From assembly GCA_025786725.1 (NCBI GenBank), contig JAHLTZ010000012.1:310001-374000 (forward strand): a stretch of DNA of 64,000 nucleotides, written 5' to 3'. A program made the translations under genes and the position numbers. How positions within the stretch are numbered: the first letter of the stretch is position 1; each line of letters begins with the position of its first letter. The notes below the pieces were generated by a model. That model did not search any database, was not told the origin of the DNA, and saw only the letters and a program-made list of their open reading frames with translations. This DNA is from Syncephalis fuscata S228 (lineage: Eukaryota > Fungi > Zoopagomycota). Positions 39,867-53,083 of the stretch are shown in pieces.

Positions 39867-40220
39867 TAACAAAAGATACAAAGATAGATATGTCTGTGTG
39901 TATCTATTGATTATCAGTAACTACAATGACATGGATTAAGAATCCTTATTATTTGCTATTTTAACTCCTCTAGTCGATGCTAGTTATTGTTTTCTTTAGT
40001 TGTTTATTGTTTCTTTCTTTTTGTTATGCGTGTTTCTAGTCCATTCTATAATTCTTCAGTGTATTCTATCATCTCACACACACACCTTCACTCTTTCATA
40101 CTATATTTGTATGTTGCATATCATTTTTGCATTCTATTATAAATTATCGTTTTATTAATGTAATATATAATAGAAATAATCCTATGTTTATTTTAATACA
40201 ATACCAATCCTATATTTATT

Positions 40221-43200
40221 TTATTTCTGTATAGGTGTGTAACTGGTGGTGGTCTGTAATGATGAATTAGTAGGACCGGTTGAGGATTCAAATCTATAAA
40301 GCAGACTGTAATCATCACGAAATGAATATAACCAAACCATTTTACGCTTTTGTTGTTGGTGGATTTCCAGCATTGTTTTGCGTATATGATGTACATAATC
40401 ACGTTGAGCAGGTGATGCTAATTTGACAATATCCTTGAATTGATCCGTATCAAGTAGATTACATTGACCAATACGCTTCAGTAGTATTTCATTTAGATCA
40501 AGAGCCAGTATAGGTACATCACCATGAGCAATATCCTTCATTACTTGTGCCACATTTTGCATAGCTATTTAATCAAAAATTAGTCTATTAATCCTCCATT
40601 CATTTTTTTAATTGACTACTTGCCTTTATCAATATACAATTGTTTTTGTCGATGTTGTTGTCGTGGTGGTTTGCCTCTCGTTGGTTGCATAAGCGGTGGT
40701 GGCAATACAGTGACATTCATTTGTGGTGGGCAAGACCACCACGATCACTATCTGATTTTTCTTTTAAATTACTATTATCCGATACTGACCCTATATATAA
40801 TATATACGTATATATTAGATATAGCTATTTAAATACTAGATATTAAATACTGACCTGTGAGACTGTTGTAGTGGAGGGTTAATCCACTTGAATCATGTCG
40901 GCGAGATTTGGCACCAGATAACAAGTGTTCAACGCGTGTTTGTTCAGCCAATTCAGCCGACAAATAAGCACACAATTCACTGCGTAACACTATAATAATC
41001 GTAATAATCGTAATAAGTATTCTATTCTCATTACTAATAACAATAGTCATCCTACCTTCAATCTCCACCTTTTTTAATACACTTTTGACTTTAATGACAT
41101 CACGTGTATTGGTGGTACCTCTACTCTCTTGTACTCTATGATGTCTTACAAGAACAATCCAACTGATACCTTGATGACGACACTCTTGTAGAATATAGTC
41201 AATACCACCATTGGCTATACTATCTTCATATTGAACATCAGCGGCAATGTAATTAGACCACAATTCACGGGCCACCGCTAATCGCTCATTAAGCAAACCT
41301 TTACCAAAACTAGCTACGTAAACATCACACTGAACACGAATAGTATTCATTAGATATGGCTGTGATGAAGGCGGCTACTTACCCGTTTAGCAGCCCATGA
41401 CCCAAATTGTCGTTCTGATTCTGGTCGTTTGGTAAATACTTTGTCAAATCGTTCCATTTGATATTGCAACATCGCCGTAACAAATTTTTGAATAGCAAAG
41501 TTAACACCAACCGCATGGGTTCGTTTCGCGCCTATCATAGCTGGATGACGGAACTTTTTTACTAAAGCATCATAGCTATAAAAAGAGTAGAATAAATAAC
41601 CTAGTATGGCTCCTTATATCATTCAATACTAACCGACCACCAGCGGCAATAATACCGCCAGATTTACGCTCCATAACTGCATTAAATATCATACCATGAA
41701 TATAATAGTCATAATTCAATCTAAATAGTAATTACTAATAATGAATATATATAACGGCATCAGCATGGTACTTACGCTAATAGTGGTGCAAATAATAGAC
41801 GGCGTTGCACACCCATTTGCTTTGCACGTTGCATTAGTTGTTTCACTTGTGACACGGCATCATCAAATCTTTGTATTAAAGTGGGTTCATTTAACATGCC
41901 ACGTAATTTAGTGGTAATAGGCCCTAATTCACCTAAATATAACTATGAATACCATTAGTAGCAAACCATAGAATGGCTCATTACCTTGGATGTGGAATAG
42001 TGCTAGTTCGTCGAGAGCACTGCGCGGTAATCGATACTGTTCAGTTAGTTGTGTTCGTGCTTGTATTAGAGATGTTGAACGACCGGGTAGACCCAATACA
42101 GCAGCAATATCTCGACGGGCCTCAACTGGAATACGACAATAATCAAATATAATATCCGTCACATCTGTATGATTCAGTAGAAATAGACAACGACCCCCTT
42201 GAAATGGTGGAAATTCATCCAATACTTCATCAACCACACGTATCACTTCAGCATCTGGTGCATAATCAGCCATACGCGGTGTAACAATATCAAAATCCAC
42301 TTCTCGTATCATACGGGGCTGTCCACCAACAATGTTATTCCTATCCAGTATCAACCATGAATACAAATCATCTAGTATGTATCAATCTCTAATTACCGAT
42401 AAACTTGTCCAAATACAAATCGTTTAATATTGGTTATATTATTACGACAGATATATCGCGCAAATGGCACCGTTAAATCATAGGGTAGCTAATTCAATAT
42501 AATTAGTTATACTGTTCATTATTATAATAGCCAGTTAATTACCTGAACAAGTCCTCCACTATTATCCATTAGATCCATTACTTTCTTATCTTTGAAATTA
42601 TCAGTCTTTGGTATTAATAGCGGTGTACTCAATTCAATGGCACCATGTCGTCTAAATACATCAGTAACACAATCACGAATATGGGCAAAAGTGAGGGAGT
42701 CTAGTGGATCGAGTGCCGTATTTCCCTTTAAATAGTAACATATTAAATATACTTTATATCAAATAAATAACTACCATTACATACCGAATTGACATCAAAT
42801 GTATATTCTGTCATACGATCTGCATGTTGTGCAAATAACACGGTCATTAATCGTTCATAGTAAGGTGTATCAGGACGGGCTATTAACAAATATCAACACA
42901 TATATATATATATATTAGTCATGAATTTATTTAATCTATCTATTATCATGTTATTACCTATACTGCGAATACACTCTTGTAAATAAGCATCTTCCTATAA
43001 TGATATACTATTAATGTTATTAATAACTATAACATTATTCTACTTACCAACTTTGGAGGAAGCGCTTTATCTTGTAATAATTGAATACTTGATGGTCTAT
43101 CTCGTGCCGAGTGATCCAATAAACGACGAATAATATCATATTGATTTGCTTTATTAACCTTTGGAAAGTCGATAGGAAAGTCAATACTCGGTAGACGAAG

Positions 43201-45848
43201 ATTACGAATAACCTATAGTATATATATATATTATATATTATATTAATATATGTACAGTATAAAATGGTATACTTATTACCGTTATACGCTCCATAGCTGT
43301 ACTAAATCGATAACATAATTCAAAGAATATAATACCTAATAGATAAATAGTAAATATACAACTATACTATACTATCTATTGCTATACACTTATTACCTAA
43401 AGAATACATATCAACTAAATAATAGTTAGATATAACTACTTTAAATTAACTAATCATTATATAATAAATACCTTTATGATTATACCGTGTACCAGTATCT
43501 TGACCACTAGCCACTTCTGGTGATACATATAATGCAGTACCCACACCTATAAATACATATATATATATATATATTAACATCTATCTATTTATTTATTTAT
43601 TTATCTATCTATCTAATATAATTACCAGAAGTGAGTGAATTGGCATCATTGGGTTCATAGCTCGTTTGGTGTCCACTCATATCAAACCCAGACTGACTTA
43701 ATACAGCTAATCCAAAATCACCTATTTTAACATCGCCATTGGCATCGAGAAAGATGTTACTGGGCTTCAAGTCACGATGGATCATGCCTTCGTTATGAAT
43801 ATACGCCAATCCTTCTAGTATTTGGCGGAATAGACGCCATGCTTCAGAATCATCAACACCCTCCTCAATGGCATCTCTAAGCGTCTTGTTCTCACAGTAC
43901 TCCATTTGAATATACAGTACTCTATATTGCTTATCGTGAGATCTACCCGATAGATCTCTATTCACCACACCATCATCATCATCATCATCTCCTTCTTCAC
44001 TCTCCTCCTCTCCTGCTTCATGAAGACTATTTCCAGATCGTTGACTATCTGTATCAAATACAAATACATTTGTGGGTTCATTGTGTTGTGTGAACCATCT
44101 TGAGAGGATGACCGCTTAAATGAAAAGGACATCGATGAAGATGTAGATGATTGACGATGTTTTGCATCGTATCTATACTTTATACCAGAATAACTACGTG
44201 TACTTGATGAATCATTCATAATATCACACGTCTTTGCTTTAATGGATCCTAATCCACTAAACGAATGGTCTGATGTTGTATCTTCATCTTCTTCATCGGA
44301 ATTGGCATCACTAAAACTGCCATCACTACTATCGGTATCCCATTGAACACCTTTATCATCTATAATCAATGATCTTGTTATTAATATAAATAGCAAATAC
44401 TTATATATATATATATATATATTAACCTTCTATCCAACTTGTATAATAGCGTACTACATGTTGATGATGAAGTCTATTAAATCAATCAATCAATCAATCA
44501 ATTAATTAATTAACTAGTCAACATAATGACATATCATGTTATTACCGAGATAATGTCGTGATTTCTCGACGAATACTTCTATTCTCCTCAATATCCATTG
44601 GATCCAATCGTACTTTTTTAATCTAAATAATTAAATAATTAAATAATTAAGTAATTAAATAATAATTATAATAACTATAATAACTATAATAAATACATAC
44701 AGCATAAAATCTATTCATTGTTATTAGTTAAATTACTTTAAATAAATAAATATATATATAGACAACTTACCGTCCATCTAATTTATTTCTTGATTTAACA
44801 ACTTCTCCAAATCCACCTGATTATATTACGTTATATTAATGTTGATTAATAACATTATATTGAATATACCTTTTCCCAAAAATTCAATTTCTTCAAAGTC
44901 TGCCTCATAACGTGATATAGTAGACATACTAGATACTGGTGCATCTAGCGGTGATGTTCCATATAACATGCCCACTGGATGATGATAATTGACATCTAAT
45001 TTTGTACTTGGATGTGATCGACTATCTGATGAACCTATAAATTATCAATATTAGTATTTATATAATAACTAATAAACTACAGTTTATTAATTACCAAATA
45101 GTAATTGCATAGGCAATGTTGTATCTTGTGCATATTTAAATACTGGATCATTTAATACTTCCATCACTGATGGTCGTTGTTTTGGATCTCTATAACAACA
45201 TAGATGTCAATATAATATCAATATAATATTAATATTGATATTTATTATGTATGTAAATACTTACATTTGGAATAGACGCTTCAATAGTTGTATGACATTA
45301 TTAGGTACTTGTAATGCTATTATAATAATTAATCATCTATCTAGAGCAACACACTAACTACTTACTATTAGATAATAGATCCATTGGTGTATTATGGTTT
45401 GTAGTAGCTTCAAGTCCCCATAGCATTTCCACTAGAAATACACCAAAATCCCAGATATCACTTTTTCTATTTACCAGTTATTATTAGTCATCTATATAAT
45501 TATAAATGACTATTTAATTACCTATTATACAGTTCGGATTGATCCTTTAATTCAGGTGGTATCCTAATTCATCTATTCGTTATCTACTATAATATCTACA
45601 GTATAATAAATCATACCATAATCGCTTCTTTTCTGGGGCATAACTTTTAGATAGTGGAAATGAACGATGCATATCTAGTTGATAGACGAGTTAGTATTAC
45701 AAATACACCTATTTTTAGTATAGACTACCTAGTAAACGACGCATAAAACTGACACTGCCCACTTTAACTATCGTATCTTGTGATGGACCATCATGTACAA
45801 ATATGTGGTGTGCTCTTAAATCTATATATTATATTAATACAACTAATT

Positions 45849-45883
<35 letters not shown>

Positions 45884-47510
45884 TACCTTTATGTATAAAA
45901 TTACAGGCATGTAAATGACCCAATGCTTGTAATACTTGTTGTGCATAGTTAATGGCCAGTGGTATATGAAGTGTGCCACATCGTCTTAATAGATCTCTAA
46001 TAGAACCACCTGGCTCATGTGACATTAATACTTGTAATCGCCATCCACCATCAATACGGGCCAATTTGGATTCATAAATGGCAATTAAATGATTATGTCG
46101 ACATGATTTGAATCGACCCAATTCCTTTTCCATTAATTGAAGCTGTATTAATATATATTATAGTCATTAATATAATAATCCTCATAAATATAATCCTTAT
46201 AAATATAATCTATAAATTACCTGAAGTTTCCCTTCAGATGATAAATAGTGTTCATTTTCTATTTGTATTTCTTTCATAGCCAACAATAACGGTGATGCAT
46301 TCATTGTATTACTATGCTGTTATTGTCAGTGTCGGTGTCAGTATTTGAAAATGCAGCCACTATTGGTTGAACAGCCCATGTTTTGCCTATCATGCCTATT
46401 ATAGTAGATTAGCTACATAGTATATTAATTACATATTGTATTAATCTACCTTCACCAATACAATGTCCAATAGTCACTGATCTAAATACTAATTCCTATT
46501 GCAAATCATTATCATTATAATTAATACACTGTACTATTAATACATTATAGTTAATTACTTGATCTAGCTGTTCTAATGTTATAGTGGCATCAAATGTAAC
46601 TGTTTTGGTGGGTATATTTGCTGTAGTTAGAATCAATGGATCAATAGGCAGTGTATGTTTTGTATTCTCCATTTGTTGTGTTCTTTGTGAGCGTAATTGT
46701 TCTTTACGGGCCAATTCCTCTTCAATTTTACGTGCTAATGCTTGATTCTCTGAATGTTCTGCCCGATTGGCCACTCGTTGTAACTTATTTGTTCTTGCTC
46801 TCTCCTCCTGTTCTTCTCTCTATTAACACTTGTTAGTATTTAGTAACTATGAATAATAACAACATACTTTGTGGGTCTCTTCAATACGATTCACCATTTG
46901 ATCGTAGAATGATACTGATTTAGACCAAATTCCGTACTTGTATCCTCTAATGTAATTCTTTCTTGTACAAATGTGACCAGTTCATATATCATTTCATTAC
47001 CACATAATGTGTGGGCTTTCTTTTGTACTTCTTGTTGTATTTGTTGTACAAGAGCATCTGATATACCGCGTGGATTCTCCAGCTTATTTCAGGTGCTACA
47101 TTAGGATAAGTTTTGAAAAATCTATTAACAAGTAGATGGTTAGTGGTGCTCTTCACATTTCCATTTCTTTATCTATTAATAGCCAGTATTTACTTATACT
47201 TACTTTACATGGAAGTTTAAAGATACAAATGCCTTTAAATGATCAGACATTGGCGTCAAATGAATTCTGAATTCTGGTAATGACGGTGCGTTCTAGTATA
47301 GTTATCGTATATATGTGTTGATTCAATGAATTCACTGGTTATAGTAGATAACTTACTTTCCAAGCAGTTTTGGCTACAATTCGACTAAAGTCCTCCATGA
47401 AAATAGCTATATCCATAGTAAATAGGTCATTACCATAGTTTATATACAAATAGTCTACCTTCAAGTGCTTCCAGTTCATTGTTTTGTAATTCTTGTAGTT
47501 CATCGTTCAT
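40221..47510 (-). CDS. GCN2: eIF2-alpha kinase GCN2 (RWD, pseudokinase, kinase, HisRS-like, C-terminal domain), very intron-rich
   Basis: [20 protein letters not shown] (RWD), [77 protein letters not shown]. Confidence 0.95.
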
Positions 47511-47671
47511 CGTGGTAATAGACAACACAGTATAGAATATGAGTATAGTGTAGTGTGAGAGAGTGGAGTGAAAGTGAAGGTGAAAGTGTAAAATAGGACC
47601 TTTTAAAACTCCACGTCTAGTCTATTGTTACTATTGTTGTTGTTGTTATTGTTCTTTCTACTTGTTCATCA

Positions 47672-50600
47672 ATGGCCACTTCAATTGATCAACATGTCTG
47701 GCCATTATCGGCTCGACGTCATTTAGCGTGGTCAAATATGGACACACTTGTATTTCTACCAAGTGAAGTGTCACAGCTTAGTAGTGTCTATCGTAAAGAA
47801 CTGGCCCGTGTTGACGTGTAAGTCTTTACATGTACCATATCTATTTCTAATACAGCTATTGAATGATATTCATAGAGATCGCCCTATGACTACAAATATG
47901 TTACAGATTCGCGTTGTCGATCACTATGCTTGGTTGTCGTCGTCATCGTTGTTACAGTCATCGCCTAAGCGTCAACTGGCTTGTATGGTAGAAGAGGTGC
48001 GTCAGGTACATAAACAACATGATGTGGTATTTGCTCGATGGGCTGAACATGGTAAAGCGCTATTTACCGCCGATAATGTTCAACAAGGTGTTCTATGGCA
48101 GTGTACAGTAAGTAACAAGTGGTATTATATATATATATGTGTATATGTATATGTATATATATACACTATGGTATTTAATCATTTATTAGAATTATCTTAA
48201 TCATTGGAAGCCTATTTATAAAATACGCTTTTCTTCACCTTTACTGGCTCATACATGGTTACATACAGAACGACAAGTAAGTTTATTAATTATTAATTAA
48301 TTAATTATAATATACAATATATTAATGAATGAATAAATATTTAGTATACGGGAACATTTGAACAAGGTGTATTGAAACGATTACATCGATTATCATGGAT
48401 GGGCCCACGTAATCCATTAGGTGGATATGCGTTTATGACACTTTCAATTGCTGGACAGGTAAGTAATTAATATTGATATATACATATATATATATATATA
48501 TATTATTAATATTCTATAGATATCATTGTATTATCAAGAAACACGTGATATATATAAGGAATTACATGGACAACTTGATTCATCTAATAGTACAAATTCT
48601 ATATCTTGTGAATATTTGGCAGGAGATATTTGTCTTTGGTCGGGTAATTATAGATATACGTGTATTTATTAAATTATATCTAATGCAGATTATAATAGAT
48701 GGTAAGGCATTAGTCACGGTTATTTATCATCAATTAGGACAACTACATCAAAGTTTATATGAAATATCTGTACAATTTGATGGCGCATCTGGTAATTATA
48801 CTACAGTATATATAATCTATAATACTAAATCTATTTATATAGAATTAACATCTCGTGTTATATGGACTACAACTATTGATGTTAATCAACTTGATCCAAG
48901 TCTTCTTGATTCTACCTCTCCTTTAGTTTATTGGACACGTCTTTCACCACAAAGATTAAATGGCAATAATAACACGGTTTCTATTCTTACACTTGTTAGT
49001 CCTATTGGTAATTGAATTATTAAATGAATTAAATGGTCATTAATTAATAACTATATGGCTATTAGATACTATAAGTGAAACTAGTCATGTTATGATATGG
49101 CAAATAAATGGCACACAACTAGTCAATGTAAGTAATAAAATATATAGAATAAAATATATAGAATAGAATAGAATAGAATAGATTATATAGAATAGACTTA
49201 ATTATAACTTATAATGTTTAATTAGAATTCAATATTTTCACTGCCCCATACACTTATTACCAATTGTGATGTAGATCCAAAAGGAAATTGGTGGTGTATC
49301 GGGACAGTAGATGGTCGACTTGAAATACGTCCCTTGTAAATAACTATATATATATATAGAATATAGGATATAACTAATAAATGAAATAGTAATACAACAG
49401 CTAATACAAGACCTATCAATCCATTACTTATAGATCAATCTATTGTTACAACAGGTGACTACAATAATGATTATAATAGTTATAATATTTATAATGATTA
49501 TAATAATATATAGGCACTATTCTAGATTTATGTTTTTCACCTAATGGATGTGCCATTGCTTTTACACGAGATACTGGCAATGCAAGTGGAAATGTTGAAT
49601 TGGCAAGTTTTACTACTCAGTAAGTATAGTATAACTGTTAATTGATTATTTACATGTTAACATATTAACATATTTATATTTAATATTTATATATTTATAT
49701 ATTTAATAGTACATCTGAATCAAATACTACATTTACTCAATATATTACAAATCAATTGTGTATGGCTATTGCTAATGGCATTAGTACAAGTGATATTGTT
49801 CATCAATTTGAGAAATACTCGCCTACTGATCAATTAACAGGTAATATTAATGTAATCTATACACTGTTGTTAATTAATCAATTAATTTAATAGACAATTT
49901 ACAAAATATATTTACACAATCACAACTCATTTTATCAACAAGTTTCCCTTTAAATACATCACTACAAGATCGACTGTTTCTATCAGTACAACAAAGTTTG
50001 TTAAGGTAGAATAATACATATATATATATATGTGTATATATATATGTGCCTGTATATATGTATAGACATGGTATTAACTATGGATAATAGAGTCTGTGCA
50101 CTCGATAAGATTAAAAGAACCAATATCCAGCTAATAAGTCAATACTGGGCCGTATTTACTAAATGGGACATTTGTATGTTGGAAACTTCTACAAGTTGGG
50201 ATAATCTATCATCTGGTAATTATACATCTATCTATTTATGTATATAGTATTAATATTGGTATTTTAATAGATTTATTTATTGCTTTAACCAGAGAAGCCA
50301 TTTGGATGGCTGATGTGGTAGTATTTCTATTAAAAGATCTACATGGTGCCTTGTTATCTTTAAAATTTGGACATTATAGTACGTACTATTGGTATCTAGT
50401 TGGTATTATTAATCATTTTATAATTGACTAGATCGACAAGATCGTCCTTATTATTGTTCACTGCTATTTCATCAAGCCATTCAAGAGAATTTAGTAAAGA
50501 TACTGGGGTATATTCAAACACTAATACAACAAAGTCAACAAGATACACATAAATCCACTGCATCTTCGTGGATGGCCCATTTAGAGGATATATTTAGTAA

Positions 50601-51276
50601 TAGTTCATTAAAACTAAATGATATGATTGCACTATTAGCGGTTGAATTACCAAATCGATTAGCTGCATTACAAGAAGGTAACACCTTCAATTAATTAACT
50701 ATTATGTTATAAATACTTATTACTATTACTATTACTGCAATAATTAGATAGAAAACATTTGAATCAACAAATTGTTACACATTTTACCCTTCCTCGTTCT
50801 ATTATCGACGCTGATGACTGGAAGACATGGGCCAAGTCGTGGTTTGATAGACATGCAGACGCTATAACACTCTATCAGTATATACCGACATTTATGGATT
50901 TGCCATCATCGATGAATACACGTATAGGCGATGGCGGTGTAAGTACGACACTTAATAACGATATAGCAGATTGGGCAGGATGGCGACACTATTTTAAACA
51001 ACAAAAAGATCAACTTACCCACTTGCCATTAATAAGTACAGATGAGATACGATTCTGTATACGGTAAGTATTCGTTATCTATTAGAGTACACGCCTATTA
51101 ATACGATGTGGTGTAGGTGCAATCAACCAGCAGCTGGTCTTAGTGATCAACATAATGACTGGCCTATCTTCAATGATCATTGTCCATGTGGCGGTGTATG
51201 GTGGCGTATTCCACAGTCGAATACCCCTATTTTGTCTAATAGAGATACATCTAGTAGTAATACAATGCTGCGTTAA
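47672..51276 (+). CDS. MED16: Mediator subunit 16 (Sin4)-like, intron-rich
   Basis: N-terminal LAWS WD-like region, CFSPNG, C-terminal RFCIRC...HCPCGGVW typical of MED16; divergent from GCN2 across ~160 bp. Confidence 0.7.
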
Positions 51277-51394
51277 TCAATGAATGCACATCTTTATTGA
51301 ATAAAGAGATGCAAGTCTTATAAAATGGCATGCTTAAGGGATCAATCAATAAACGAATTAATTAAATAACTCGTAATGATGTTCATGCCTCTAT

Positions 51395-52729
51395 CTAGGC
51401 CTTCTTAGTGGTCTTCTTTACTGGTTTCTTTACTGTCTTCTTTGCTGTCTTCTTTATTGGTTTCTTGGCCACTTTCTTTACCGTCTTTTTGACTGGCTTC
51501 TTGGCCACCTTCTTTACTGGCTTCTTCTTCTTCTTTAAAACTGGCTTCTTTGCTGGCTTCTTTGCTGCTTTCTTTTTTGGTTTTAATACTTGATCCAAAC
51601 GAATATACTTGGGAAGTGTTTCGCGGTATTGAGTTGCTTCTAAATCATATTTTTGGAAATTCGTGGCTGATTTATCATTATATGGCTATTCATTCAGTCA
51701 TATACATATATAAAATAGAAGTGATAGACATACATCAATAAATACGCCTATAATAATAGTACTAATATTACAATACCTTCTTTTCAGCCTCAGATAATGA
51801 TCTCCACTCTGCGCCAATACTCTTGGCAAACTCGACGGCATTGCCATCAAAAGTAGCCGCCAATGCTTGACGACGTTCACCCAAAAAGATAAGAAAGGCC
51901 GATAGTGGCTTCTTTGGCTTGGCTGGATCTTTAATAACCGAAATTTGCTTTCCTTTCTTACGCTGCAAACCTTGATAGCGACGAAGAGCAGCTAGTTGTT
52001 CTGGAGTTAACGAGGCGGCCCATTTCTCATAGTTCTTTTGAAGTTTCAATGATTCTTCCGTGGCCCGTTCTTTGTACGCCTAAATCACATTGATAATCAG
52101 TATTAAATTTATTTAAAACGCGTTTTTACGCGTTAAATCAATTTTATAGCTGTACTGATGTTTAGCAATTGCCTTAATTCATACCTGTCTTTCGCTGTCG
52201 GTTAGAGCCTTCCATTTAGCGGAGGAAGTTTTGGCCTCATCGGCAATACGAATAGTTACACCTTGGTTTTTGACTTGAGCAAAGTGTTCAGCTAAAAACA
52301 CTTGCCATCCATTGATTGAACGTGGTGGTGGTTTTTGTATATCCTCTAACAATAATAACAATTGTCAATAAGTAAATAAACAAATATATTCAAAGTCAGC
52401 GCTGTAATCATTCATAGCATATACATTATGTACTAAACTCTATTACTATTCAAAGTGTAAATACTTTACAATAGCATATATATTATGTACTAAACTCTAT
52501 TACTATTGAATATACCATGATTGCCTATCTACTTACCGGTTCTTTGCAAGTAACGCAGCTTTTTCTCAATATTGGCTTTTTCCTCTACACTAACAGCGGA
52601 CACGCTTGACGTTACAGTAAACGAACGCGTAGCCACTGAAATACTAGGCATTGATAGTAGGGCTGCCTGTCGACTAGTCGTAAACGTTTGGCCGTAGCCA
52701 ACTTTACTAAGGATTGTACGCTGAAGCAT
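51395..52729 (-). CDS. Mitochondrial tandem HMG-box protein (Abf2/TFAM-like) with a K/A/P-rich H1-like C-terminal tail, 4 exons
   Basis: Presequence MLQRTILSK...RSFT; HMG1 PPPRSINGWQVF...KWKALTDSERQAY; HMG2 DPAKPKKPLSAFLIF...WRSLSEAEKKPY; tail KKAAKKPAKKPV... Confidence 0.8.
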
Positions 52730-53083
52730 TTTGAAATGCCTATGATAGTGTTTTAAACACGACAAATGTAGTTATAATCAGTAAACGCGGACTGATCTTC
52801 AACTAGAAAGATGATCAATCAATTAAATGTATAGAAATAGCAGCTATTTCTGCAGAGCTACTGACGTTGTTAATGGTATCGAGAAGAAGTAACGAGTGCA
52901 TATAATAAGCAGCAGCCATCATTTTCATTAAGCGCTCCATTTTCGTCATCATTGCTAATTGGGTCGAATCGGTTTCAGTAATGGTGGAGTTCAGTTAACT
53001 TTGAGGCACATCGCTATGCTACATTTGGTTCCAGTGAACACAACTGAAAATCACGTTTTTTCTTGTACTTTTGCTTTGCCATC

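Noticed and set aside
51395-51598. Stand-alone histone H1 gene
   Set aside because: No globular H15 domain; the frame continues upstream into the last exon of the HMG-box gene.
52414-52510. Tandem ~36-bp duplication in intron 1 of the HMG gene
   Set aside because: Ordinary local intronic duplication with no splice-site or coding pattern.
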